The notes under the pieces were generated by a model. That model did no database searches. It saw only the letters and a list, made by a program, of their open reading frames with translations, and was not told the origin of the DNA. The position numbers and the translations under genes were made by a program. A DNA stretch of 64,000 nt from Camelus dromedarius (Eukaryota). The stretch lies in the NCBI RefSeq assembly GCF_036321535.1, contig NC_087436.1:105340001-105404000 (forward strand). The letters run 5' to 3'. Positions 1-11,615 of the stretch are shown here, piece by piece (within the stretch, counting starts at the first letter, position 1; every line of letters begins with the position of its first letter).

Positions 1-399
1 TGCTCAAAATGGTATTGTAGAAGAAAACATGATTTAGAATGACATGGAAAATGTCTATAAAGCATTGTTAAGCATGGAAAGCAGGTAAATAAACATGTTG
101 ATAACATGTTCCTGTTTTTGTAAAACAACAATGAAAGTAGTAAATATGTGCACAGGGGAGAGACTGGATGGATATATACCACAATTTTAATAGTGGTTAT
201 CCCTTTTGCAAAAATTATGGGCAATTCTTATTTTCTTCTTTTTTTTAAATCTGTATTTTCTAATTTTTCAGAAATATACCCAAAATGCATTGCACTTGAG
301 ATAGAAATAATAAAAAATTATTTTAAAAGAAGGTAACAAATATATATGACCATAAAACAAGGATAAAAGGGACAAGGTTGAAAGAAGAAACTGGTGATG

Positions 400-625
400 G
401 GGGTTTGAATCCTTGCTCTGCCATTTACTAGTTGTGTGACCTTGGATGAGTTATTAACGTTTCTAAGTCTTGATGTCCTCATCGACAAAATGAGAACACT
501 GGTAATAAAAATACTGACCTCGCTGATTTGATAAGAGGTTTAGATAAAATATTGTTCTTATAGTTCAGTACTGAACAGTAGGTTCATCTCTTATAGTTCA
601 ATACATAAGTACTCAAAAAGCTTAA
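400..625 (+). mobile_element. MIR SINE (one of many; others near 3640, 7350, 21500, 29640, 38720, 52020, 57850, 61030, 63400)
   Basis: GGGTTTGAATCC..GCTCTGCCATTTACTAG..TGTGTGACCTTGG MIR core. Confidence 0.75.
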
Positions 626-1370
626 CCAAGCTTATCATGATAATTAGTAATAGTAATAGTGTAGTGTCTTAGGGCAACTCAAGGTATGGCACAATATATA
701 AGTCATTGTTTTCTCCACTCCTGGGTCAAATATCAATCTCCATAAATAAATTCCTGCTTCCCCAAATCTACATTGCTTTTCTTTCACCTCAGTTTTGGCA
801 CTATTCTTATTCCTAATCTTTCAAACATATTCCTTGTTATCATTACTATTCAGCCTAAACTCTGTTACCATTTTTTAAAAGTCACAAATTATAATCTTCA
901 TTATTTCATTTTCACAAAAGACCACACCATCAATCAAACATCCTTAAAGATCGTTTCTAAAGAATTTGGCTCTTAAGAAACTTCTAAGCAATTATGATGT
1001 CCACGTGTTATAGAAAACAGCTCTCTTATCAGCACCACCACACACATACCTATCTCCATCCCCAGTGTTTCTTTTCTGTACAGGTGATTCTCCAGCCCCT
1101 CACTCACTCCCACCCCTCCTTCCAGCCAGGCCTTCTTCCTTCTCTTTGGAGGGACTGCCCTGGGCCAGCACTCATTATGGTTTACTCTGGTTGATGCTGG
1201 ATGCTGGAGAGGAACCCATTTGGCAGTGCCTCTAACCTAGACTTTATCAGAGTTAAGGAGGATATTTTGGCCTCTGTCTGCCTCATCTTTTGTCTTATTT
1301 CTCAATTGGTTCAAAACTTGGATGGGAAAAGCAGTTTAATTTATTGGGCCCTAGTCAAAGTTCCCAAGAA

Positions 1371-1403
1371 CACACACACACCACACACACACACACACAC
1401 ACA
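1371..1403. repeat. (CA)n microsatellite, interrupted
   Basis: CACACACACACCACACACACACACACACACACA. Confidence 0.95.
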
Positions 1404-1611
1404 GTTTCTTGAGAATACAACTTCAAAGGATAAAGGTGGTTTTTTTTGGAGGGGTGGGGGTTGCTTTAACTAAAGCTATGGTAAGGAGCAGGCAGGAAGG
1501 AAGGTATATTAAAGCATTTAAAGAAGTAAAAATATCTGACCAGAATAGGAAAGTTTAGGTGAATGCTCAATGTGGATTCAGTTTGCATTTTCAGAATAGG
1601 ATAGTGCTTCT

Positions 1612-1762
1612 CAAATTTTCATAGTGCCAGAGAATCTCCAGGGGATGTTGTTGCAATTCATATTCTGATTCAATAGTTCTGGTGTGGAGCCTAAATTATG
1701 TTTTTCCAATAAGCTCCAGGTAATGCTGATGCCTCTGGCCCACAGACAACACCTTGAGTAGC
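1612..1762. mobile_element. MER5A-like hAT-Charlie DNA transposon remnant
   Basis: AGAATCTCCAGGGGATGTTGTT..ATTCTGATTCAATAG..AAGCTCCAGGTAATGCTGATGC..ACCTTGAGTAGC. Confidence 0.7.
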
Positions 1763-1959
1763 AAGGGTGTAGAATATCATGAACCTTCCACACTCAGTAA
1801 TTATTCGTCAACTTCTTTATTTTGAAGGAAATTTACATTAATAATTATTTGGCTTAATCTAATATTTATGATATGCCTACAATTTCCTAAGTATACATCT
1901 ATCTGGATAGCATATCATATTTGTTCACATCATTCGCCTACCCCTACCTTTTAATGACT

Positions 1960-2430
1960 CCCATTATCAGCAGGCTTTTGCTACTTAACAAATCAGGCCA
2001 AGTGCAGTGGCTTAAAACAACAACCGTTATTTTGCTCACAGTTCGTTGGCTTGGGCCCAGCTGAGCGACTCTTTTGCTAGTGTTGACTGAGCTCATGCTT
2101 AGATCTCTGGCCAGCTGCAGGGGACTAGGCTGCTTTTCCCCTGGCAGTGCTGACTGTTGACTTGGGCAGTGGAGGGAACTGGATTACATCTTTCTCATCA
2201 TCATCCAACTGGCTAAAGATTTGTTCACATGGTGGTGGAAAGATTGCATGTGCAGCATGGGTCAGCCCAAATGTGCAAGCTCTTATCATGCCTCCACCTG
2301 AACCACATTTGCTACCATCCAGCCCATTGGTCAAAGCAAGTTGTAATGACCAAGTCCAGTGTCAGTGTGGGATAGAATTACCTAAGTTGTGGATGCTGGT
2401 GGGGGAAGCACCTGTGGCTGCCTTTGCAAT
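1960..2430. mobile_element. MaLR (MLT1-type) LTR
   Basis: CAGTGGCTTAAAACAACAA..TTGCTCACAG..CCATTGGTCAAAGCAAGT. Confidence 0.65.
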
Positions 2431-2850
2431 CTGACTATTCAAGTTCAAGTTGGCCTTTAAGGTCCACCCTGCTACCCACTGAAAGGCCTATCAGGCTAAT
2501 GTTTATCTCTAACACTATTACTCTTTTACTGTCCTCCTCCTGGAACATGCTTTCTACTTATCTTTGCGCAGAGACTTGGTCCACTTTCAAATGGTACGTC
2601 CTCCTTAAGCTTGTTGTCTAAGTTGGATGGGATCTTGGGTTATATGGCATATCTCATTCAGACGCTTATGGTTACTTATATACAGGTTGCATCCTCTCTT
2701 ATGAGATTAGATATTTCTAAAGGGTTTTGATTGTGGCTTGCTCATCTTTGCATTCCTGTGACATATCCAGTAAATAATCTCAATTGCTATTATTTATGGA
2801 ATGCTACTATTTACTGATTGATTTATCCCGTTAAAAATTAAGTATTCTTT

Positions 2851-3626
2851 TTAAAAATGTTTTTATTGATGTATAGTTGGTATACAATATTATATAAGTT
2901 ATAAGTGTACAATATGGTGATTCACATTTTTAAAGGTTATACTCCATTTATAGTTATTATAAAATATTGGCTATATTCTCCATGTTGTACAATATATCCT
3001 TATACCCTCTCCCCATTGGTAACTACTAGTTTACTCTATCTGTGAACTTGCTTCTTTTTTGTTATATTCAGTAGTGTGTTGTATTTTTAGATTCCACATA
3101 TAAGTGATATCACACAGTATTTGTCTTATTTCACTTAGCATAATGCCCTCCAAGTCCATCCATGTTGCTGCAAATGGCAAAATTTCATTCTTTTTATGAC
3201 TGAGTAGTATTCCACTGTCTATACCTACCACATCTTCTTTATCCATTCATTAGTTGATGGACACCTAGGTTGCTTCCATATCTTGGCAATTCTAAATAAC
3301 AGTGCTATGAACACTGGGGTGCATGTATCTTTTTGAATTAGTGGGAGGTTTTTTTGGATATATACCAGGGGTGGAATTGCTGAGTCATAAGGTAGTTCTA
3401 TTTTTAGTCTTTTATGAAACCTCCATACTGTTTTCCACAGTGGCTGCACTGATTTACATTCCCACTAACAGTGAAAAGAGCTTCCTTTTCTCCACATTTG
3501 TTATTTGTGTTCTTTTTGAGGATAGCCATTCTGACAGGCAAGAGGTGATATCTCATGGTGGTTTTGATTTGGATTTCCCCAATGATTAGCAATGTTGAGC
3601 ATCTTTTCACATGTCTGTTGGCCATT
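2851..3626 (-). mobile_element. LINE-1 3' fragment (ORF2 C-terminus and 3' UTR)
   Basis: ORF-track peptides [42 protein letters not shown] and IKTTMRYHL are typical of the L1 ORF2 C-terminus; frameshifted. Confidence 0.95.
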
Positions 3627-4940
3627 CTTATTGCTTCCTTTTACAGATTAGTAAAGTGAAACACAGAGAAGTAAAGTAACCTGTCCAAGATTACAGAGCC
3701 AAGAAGCCAAAGATCAGGATTTGAACCCATATCTCTTGAACTCAAGAGCCTGGCCTTTTCAATCAGTGCCCCAGTGGAATGAAAATAAATGATTTTGAAT
3801 AAGCCATGTGCAGATAATTAAGAATTGAGCAAAGAGTATGTGTTTGTCCACTTGGGAATGCAAGTCAGGCTTTGGGGGTAGAAGAAAGTCTCAGGGTTAA
3901 TGGACTTCTCACAGAGATAAGCTCAGATTTTGACTCAGATCTAGAGGTTCACAAATTGTTCTCAGTTCTCTGTACAACAGTTTTCAGGCTCTGTAGAACT
4001 GAATCATTGATAAGTGATTCCAGACTCACAAAAAGCTGAAGAAAATTCTAGAATGCTAATTCATTAGTGTCTGGGGAGATAGAGAAGTTACAACCATACC
4101 AGCACAGGTGTCAGATGGCCAGCATGATCTTTTCTCAATAGGAAAACCAAATTAATATGAAAAGGTTGCAGAGTGTGTTTATTTCCTGCCTCCTTTTGAA
4201 AAGGATTTGAGTCCATTGCAAAGGGAGTGGCTATTTTTAAGTAATACAGTCACCAATGAAGCATAGTGAGTCATTCTCAATAAAAAGGCTAAATCTGCCA
4301 AGCCAACAGGAAGACTCATATTGAGTCATCAATGCTCCATCTCTCTTGAGTAACAGTGGAGAAATTATTCTCTCTCAGTGTCTCCATTTTCAGTACTCCA
4401 TAAATACATCAGTATTGATTGGGCTCCCCTTTCTTGGTTTGGGATTGTCAAGACTGCTCTACTCTGGTTCTTCTGACTCTGATTATTCCCTCTCCAGCAT
4501 CGCAATAGCAATTTGGACAGCTGTCACCAGTGGATGACAATGCCTTAGGCTTAGTTACTTAGGGATGTGGTAGTTGGTCAATCTTTCTGTAGGTGTGAAT
4601 AACTCAGGAAAAAGAATATTATCAGGTGAAGTGGACAATGCTATAAAAATTTTTTTCACTTGTGAAAAATGTGGTAGACTGAGAGATTGTGGAGGAAAGA
4701 AATGCAAACAGTATAGCAGTCAGGACTGAGTGCAGGAAGCAGACATAGCTAGAGATATTTTAACTCTGAAGGGAATAAGGTGTTACAAAATCACTGGCCG
4801 GTCTGGGGGTGTGGACTCTAGACTGGGCCTCTAGAAATGCCTCCTAGAACACTGCAGAACTGACCCACCAGGGGAGCTAACAGCTCCCGGGCCATTGCCA
4901 GGGCTACTGATGTCAGGAACCCAGAGCTGAGGAAGCCACA

Positions 4941-5054
4941 TTGGATAAAGAATATGAAAATGATTATATGTATATATAAATATGATGGAAACATTATGCT
5001 GTACACCAGAAATTGACACAACATTGTAAACTGACTATAATTCAATTAAAAAAA
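4941..5054 (+). mobile_element. 5'-truncated LINE-1 3' tail
   Basis: ...GCTGTACACCAGAAATTGACACAACATTGTAAACTGACTATA..poly(A); TSD AAGCCACA at 4933-4940 and 5055-5062. Confidence 0.8.
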
Positions 5055-6454
5055 AAGCCACACTACCTCTGCCTCTGGACACCAAGAAGGCTGGAGAATG
5101 GACTCTGAAAGGCCAAAAATTTCATATCTCTACTGCCTTGCTTCTCAGTAACAATAAACAGTTAAAAAAACAAAACAAAACAGGAAATGCCCTCCACCTT
5201 CTAAGTCTCAGGCAAGTACATCTAATTGGCTAAACTTAATTTGTTTCTAGAGTGCTAGTTGGGAGTCCGGCGAACGTAGTTTGCAGTTGTCCAGCTTTGG
5301 GTAAGGCCCGTGAGAAGGAGGCTGAGCCAGCTGGTCCACACTCTCCACATCTAGGGTAAAGTGACTTATTCACTTTCATGGCCACAACTAGCTGCAGCAG
5401 CGGAGATCACGGTCTCCCATTTGCTGCGTGCTCCCTCTGTGCCAGCACAGGGCTGGGCCTTTCCATCTGTCATGGGCTTCCCCTCACTATTATCGTGTCC
5501 CTTTCACAGAGGAAGGAGCTGGGGTCTAGAGAGGTTGGGTAATTTGCACATATTCATGCTGGAGGAAGAAGAGGAGCCAGCGAGGCTCTGAACTCCACCT
5601 GCCTGATTCCAGAGGTCACCTCCTCACCACTACTTGACCACCAGCCACCCACTGCCTCTATCACTGCTCCCCTGCCCGCCATCACTCTAAGTCAAGGGCC
5701 TCTGAAACTCTCTTTCCAGTGTCAGCGGGCGCCAGGCTCCGGGCCAGTTCACAGGCTCCGACAAGTCTCCTGTCACTTTCCTCCCGCTCCTGCTTTTCCG
5801 GGGAATTGTAACTACCTCGCAGTTTTACTGCTTGGAGGAAGCTTTCTCTACCCACTCCTCCTCCCTCTGGAGAGAGCACTGCTTTACTCATCCCGGGGAA
5901 GGCCTTAAATTACCTTCTGCTACATCCACTTCTACTTTCATTTCATCTCTCCCCATCTGAAGTAGAGATGAAGGCGAGACCAGGCTCTCTGAATTCTGAG
6001 TCTTAGCAAAATGTAATTACCACATTTTTCTCTTTTTTTCTTAACCACAAGGAGACTTTTCTAAACAACGTACTTACTGATTCTACTATTCCCTCACTTC
6101 CTCCTTCCAACTGCTCTTTGAAGCTTGACATTGGTGTGGAAGTTATTTTGCTTCAAATTGCTTAAGAGTTCTCTTTAATGAGGTTGATGACAGCCAGATC
6201 CTGCCATGCTACGTGAGACTTGTCATTTCCCCAACCCTAAACATTTTAGAACACATGTGAGTGGAATGACAAAGTGATGTGGTCATTATTTGCCTATTTG
6301 CAGCTGTCTTTGAAAAATATCTCCTTAATTTGAAATACCCGCATCACACGAGGTGTCACCTATTTGTCTCTGGTCCCTGCTCACTTGTTTCTCTCCACAT
6401 CTGGGTTCATTCAGCAACCACCAAATGATAAGCCATCTTTGGGACCCATTCTTA

Positions 6455-7105
6455 TCATTTATTCATTCAGAACTGTTTGTGAATGCTTACCATATGCTAG
6501 ACACTGTGCTAAGGAAGGAAGCTGAGCCAGCCAGTGAATGCTTAGGAAGAGTAGGTGAATAAACAGTCAAGGTTCTCATCTTCCAGAAGCTTCCATTCTA
6601 GACATTACAAGCAACCAACACATAAAAGAATTTTAAGTGAACATATAGAGCATTTACTTCAAACTAGGTTCCTACCTAGACAAGGTGATCCGGGAAGGCT
6701 TCTCAGAGGAGGTGACATTTACACTGAAGGAAAAGTAGGAGCCAACCATGCAAACTGAGGAGGGGAAGATCATTTGAGGCGGCAGGCACAGCATGTGGGT
6801 AGGTCCTGAGTTGGGAAAGGAAAAATTTGGTGTGTTCCAGGGTCTGCAAGGAGTTCAGTGGAATGGGAGCCCACAGGCTAGAGGAGGAAGAGGCTAGTAC
6901 TTCATGTCAGCAGGGACCAGACCTTGGAGGGCCTGTCAGTCAAGATAAGGAGTCTGGATTGTATTTGCAGTTGTGTAAGGTTGATGACAGGCCTGGACTA
7001 GGTGGCAGAGGGGAAGATGGAGAGAAAGGGATGGGGTGAGGCATGAAAAGATTATTGATAGATGAGCTGTGAGTGCAGAAGCCTATGATGCCTTCTAGGT
7101 TTTCA
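6455..7105 (-). mobile_element. LINE-2 fragment
   Basis: TCATTTATTCATTC...CCATATGCTAGACACTGTGCTA, resembling the reverse complement of the L2 3' end. Confidence 0.65.
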
Positions 7106-7589
7106 GGTGCTATCCGGGCTCAGCACCAAGGAATCCTGATACCAATATGGTGGGGTCTTTTCCGATCATAAAGTTTAATAGGCTTTAAGACCTAATAATT
7201 CTTTGGTAAGCTGTCCTTTCTCCCCTTCTGGCAATATTCTTTTTGCTCCATCCACATCCCACTGGACACAACTTTGAGGCTGCATGTTTACCTACCTAAA
7301 GCCTGGTCCAGGCACTGCCTCTTGGCTCTGAAAGCGTGTGGGGAGGAGGGGTTGGTTAAGAGCACAGACAGCCCCGTCAGAATCCTGGCTATTTCCCTTG
7401 ACTAACCTTGCAGTCTCACCTGGCTTCTCTGAGCCTTAGCCTCTTCAGCTGTAAAATGGGGTGAAGATAACACTACCTGCCTAATAGGGTTGCTGGGAGG
7501 ATTGGATGAGATACTGCAGGTTAAGTCCTCAGAGCAGCATGTGTATCTGAAGGGACCAGATAGTTTTGAGTTGCCTTTATTTCTCTCTG

Positions 7590-8695
7590 TGATGCAGGAA
7601 AACAGATGTGAGGCATGAGGAGGGCTGTGTCCCAGGTCTTGGTTGAGTCCCTGGGATGTGCCCCACCAGGTGTGGGCCCTTGGCTTCGCGCAGGAAAGAA
7701 TTCAAGTGCGAGCCACCATTGAGTAAAGGTAGATTTGTGAAGGAAAAGCCGGGCTGGTCTAACAAGATAACTCACAAGTCTAGGAATGTGAAGGAGAGGC
7801 TGGGCTGGGCTAACAAGATAACTCACAAATCTAAGTATTGGAATACTGATCTGAGTTCTGCTAGACTAACTTGTAAATCTAGGTTAATTAGTGTTGGTTT
7901 GCTGTTCATGATTTTTGCTAGCCAGCTGGGTTTTCAAAGATACATATCTGGCTTTGGAATGTTGGTTTGCTGCCTCCCCGCCTCCACTTTTGTGATGATA
8001 ATGCCGCTAAAGCTGTTCCATGCCTATTGGCCTAATACCCCAAGCTTGTACTTTACCCTATAAAACCTCATGTGCACATCTTGAAGGTGCTCAGAGCTTC
8101 GGAGCAGAAGCCCCTCTGAGCCTGCGGGCGTAATACATCTGAGTACTCCAACCCTCCGGGTGGTGCTTGTTTCTTGACTGGCCTGTCGTTTCCGTAACAG
8201 ATTTACTTAGAGAGATACATACTGCATAGAGTGTAAGGCAAGAGAAAGACAAGGAAAGAGGTGTAGGAATTGGGTGCTCAGGTTAAAGTAAAAGTAGGTA
8301 CACACTCCATAGATAAGAGTGTGGGCCATCTCTGAAGGGGAGGGAGTGAAAAAAACCCACTAGGCATGGTGTTCTCAGCTTTTATGGTCTCAGTAGCTTC
8401 ACATGCCTACAGGTGGGATCATTCAAACTGCACTGGGGAAGGGGCTGAGATTACCAGGAATTGGGCCACCGCCCATTCTTTGGCCTTTTGCGGTTAGCCT
8501 TGGGGCTGTCATGGCTCCTGTGGGCATGTTACTGATCATGCTGTTACAATGAGCATATAATGAAGCTCAAGGTCTACTAGAAGTCAAACCTCTTAATCCT
8601 TAAGGCCAACTGGGAGTTGAATCTTCTACCATTCTGGTGTTAAATTGCTGTCATTCCTTGAGTGGCTGTGCCCTGCCCCCTTCCATCCTGTCTCA
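7590..8695 (-). mobile_element. Solo ERV1-type LTR (outer, ~640 bp excluding the insert)
   Basis: TG...CA termini (TGATGC at 7590, TCTCA ending 8695); identical 4-bp TSD TCTG at 7586-7589 and 8696-8699. Strand inferred from resemblance to reverse-oriented ERV1 LTRs. Confidence 0.8.
7736..8199 (+). mobile_element. Solo ERV1-type LTR (inner, 464 bp) nested in the outer LTR
   Basis: TGTGAAGG...GTAACA termini; 4-bp TSD GATT at 7732-7735 and 8200-8203; TATA box CCCTATAAAA near 8057; AATACA poly(A)-like signal near 8133. Confidence 0.85.
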
Positions 8696-8979
8696 TCTGC
8701 ACCCATGCTTACAGCAGGACTTAGGGCTTCAAGGCCTCGCCCAAATAGATCCTATCCCACAGTGGATTAACAAGCAGAGTATTTTATCAAGTGTTTCATA
8801 GGGAGGTGGGTGATGAGGGTTTCCTCTACAGTGTACAACTTTTCACTTCTAAATCCCCATTGAAAATCCGGCCCCTTTTCTCCCTCCCTGACCACTGGCT
8901 GCACATCCATCTCCCCATACAGTGCGTTCTTGCAGTTTCCCTGGCCTCTGGCCTGGACCCTCCTTCCAACCTCACCTTT

Positions 8980-11120
8980 AGTTTTTTCATAGAAACCACT
9001 ATTGCTAATCTCTCTTTGTTTTCTGTTTCTGTAATTTCTGGCCTTATCTTTATTATATCTTTCCTTCTATTTTCTGCAGGTTTGTTTTCTATTCTTTTAC
9101 TAATTCTTGAGATAAAAATCTTAGCTGAGAAAGGTTTAGCCTTTTTTTTCTTTTCTACTATATGTATTTTCCATTCCATTCTCCTTCTTCTTTTGCTTTT
9201 AGTCACATGTTTCTCCCTAAGCATGGTGTTAGCTGCTTCCTATAAGTCTTGATATGTGATATTTTTATTATCATTCAGTTCAAAATACTTTCTAATTTCT
9301 ATTACAACATCTTCTTTGACATATGGATTACTTAGAATATTGCTTAATTTCCAAATATTGCTTAATTTCCAAAATGGTTTCTGTCATTGATTCTTAGCTT
9401 AGGTGCATTGTGTCAGAGGATGGACATAATTTTACTGCTCTGTAATTTGTTGTCTTATTTCATGCCTCATGATGTAGTCAATTCTGGTAAATATTCCCTG
9501 TGACCTTGAAAAGAATGTATAGCTCTACAGTTGTTGGGTGGAGGGCCCTATGAAAAACCACTAGGTCAAGTTTACTAAACATGGTGTTTCTCTATCTTTA
9601 CTAATTTTTTGTGTTAACTTGTTCTATTAGTTCCTAAAAGATGTTTTATAATAATCTCAGAATGACTATAGATTTATCTGCTTTTTCTTTTGTCAGTTTT
9701 GACTTACACATTTTGAAATTATGTTATTAGGTGTATACATATTTAGGATTATTATATTTTCCTGGTGAATGGAACCTCATCATTATGAAATACTCCTCTT
9801 TATGTTTAGTAATGCCATTTGCCTTAAAGTCTACTTTGCCTAATATTAAAAATCTATGTCAGTTTTCTTCTTGTTAGTATTTGCATGATTTATCTTTTCC
9901 CATTCTCTTGTTTTCAATTTTAAATCTTTGTATAGCCTTTTGTTTTAGATGTGGTCTCAGTACAGAGCACATAATTCTTTCAAAAAATCTACTCTAATAG
10001 TTATTGTCTTCTAAAGGGAATATTTAGCTCACTTATATTTAATATAGTTTCTATGTGTCCTACTTGTTCTATTTCTTCCTTTACTGCCTTATTTTGTATT
10101 GATTGTTTTTTATTATTCCACTTTCCCCCATGTTAGATTGGAAATTACCCAATTGTTTGGACCTTTATTGGTTACCCTGGAGATTATAAAGTAAATTCTA
10201 GATTTCCAAAAATCTAATATCAATGGGTACTTTTATTCCCTTTGGAACAGCATTTCCTAAATCTTAAATGTGTATATGAATAAGGGGTCTTGTTAAAATG
10301 AAAATTCTTATTTAGTAAGTCTGGGGAGAGGGCCAAGATTCCACTTTCTGTAAATTCATGGGCCACTCTATGATTACAAAACTCTCAGAACACTTTAACT
10401 CTATTTATTCTGTTTAGCTCCTCTCTACTTAAATGTCAACCATGTACTTTAGTTCTCTATATAGTTGAATCCCTCAACACATTCCTATATTTCTTTATAT
10501 AGATAATATCAACCTAGATTCATCCATATATTTACCTATCATTTTTGTTGCTCCTTATCCCTTCTTGCATCTTTGACATCTCATCTGGAACCTTGTACTT
10601 TTTGCCTTAAGGATACTCTTTAGCATCTCCTTTAGTAGTGTTCTGTTGTTGAAAATCTTCTGTTTTTGTCTGAAAATGCCTCCTTCATTTTTTAAAAAAA
10701 TAACCTTTTTATCTTTGACATAATTTTAGATATAGAGAGATAGAAAGGGTTCCATGTATCCTTCACCTAGCTTCTCCTAACATTAATATATTACCATAAT
10801 ACATTTGTCAAATCCGATAAATCAATGTTGACACATACTGTTGAGCATACTTCAGACTTTTATTTGGATTTCTCTGGTTTTTCTCACAAATGCCCTCTTT
10901 CTGTTCCAGGACTCAATCCAGGAAACCACAATGTATTCAGTTATCGTTATCTCCTTAGTTTCCTTTGTTCTACAGCAATCTCTTAGATTTTCTTTTTTCC
11001 ACAATTGTAACAGGTTTGAGGAGTACTGGTCAGGTATTTTCTAGAATGTTCCTCAACTGGGGTTTGTCTGATAATTTCTCATGGTTATACTGGGGTTATT
11101 GGTTTTGGAGAAGAATATCT
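8980..11120 (-). mobile_element. Old LINE-1 fragments (L1M/L1ME ORF2 region; L1MC-like 3' end ~10705-11120)
   Basis: T-rich + strand; minus-strand IIKIRPEITETENK resembles L1 ORF2. Subfamily names from memory, boundaries approximate. Confidence 0.7.
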
Positions 11121-11510
11121 ATATTCCAAAAGAGAGTTTAAATTAGTGATAGTATATCCTGCTTGATAACCTCCAGTTTCAGTTTTGTGATATGAGCTAT
11201 CAACAAATTATATTAGATTACAGTTCTCAATGTGACTTTCTAATACACTTGGAAGAGGTACAGAATGTTCCCTAGCAAAGGTAAGACAATCCTGAGGTTC
11301 ACCTTCCTCTGCTAGAGTGACAAGATTCAGTGCTGCAGTGGTGAACAGAAAGTAATGTGAGAGTATAAGAGTAACAATATCATAGGCACTTAATCAGCTG
11401 GCTGAAAAGTGTTACATGTTCTCAGCCAGCAGTAATGTCTGTCCTGTATGAGGAACCAAAGGTCAAGGTCAAGTAGGGAGACTAAAACTAGTTCAATAGA
11501 AGCATCAACG

Positions 11511-11615
11511 TTTTTCTTCTCTTCCTTTCTTTCTTCCTTCCTTCCTCTCTTTCTTTTCTTTCTTTCTTTCTTAATTTCTTTCTTTTTCTCCCTCTCTCTT
11601 TCTTTCTTTCTTTCC
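11511..11615. repeat. Compound (TTTC)/(TTCC) polypyrimidine microsatellite
   Basis: ~105 nt of almost pure C/T. Confidence 0.95.

Noticed and set aside
7521..8063. 101-aa and 135-aa ORFs with an internal repeat (GWxNKITHKS)
   Set aside because: They span LTR junctions; the peptide repeat is just the 51-bp U3 duplication.
8791..9252. Overlapping 153-aa (+) and 132-aa (-) ORFs
   Set aside because: Low-complexity translation of decayed LINE sequence.
9336..9371. 18-bp perfect tandem duplication AATATTGCTTAATTTCCA
   Set aside because: Lies within a decayed L1; neutral slippage. No spacers, so not CRISPR-like.
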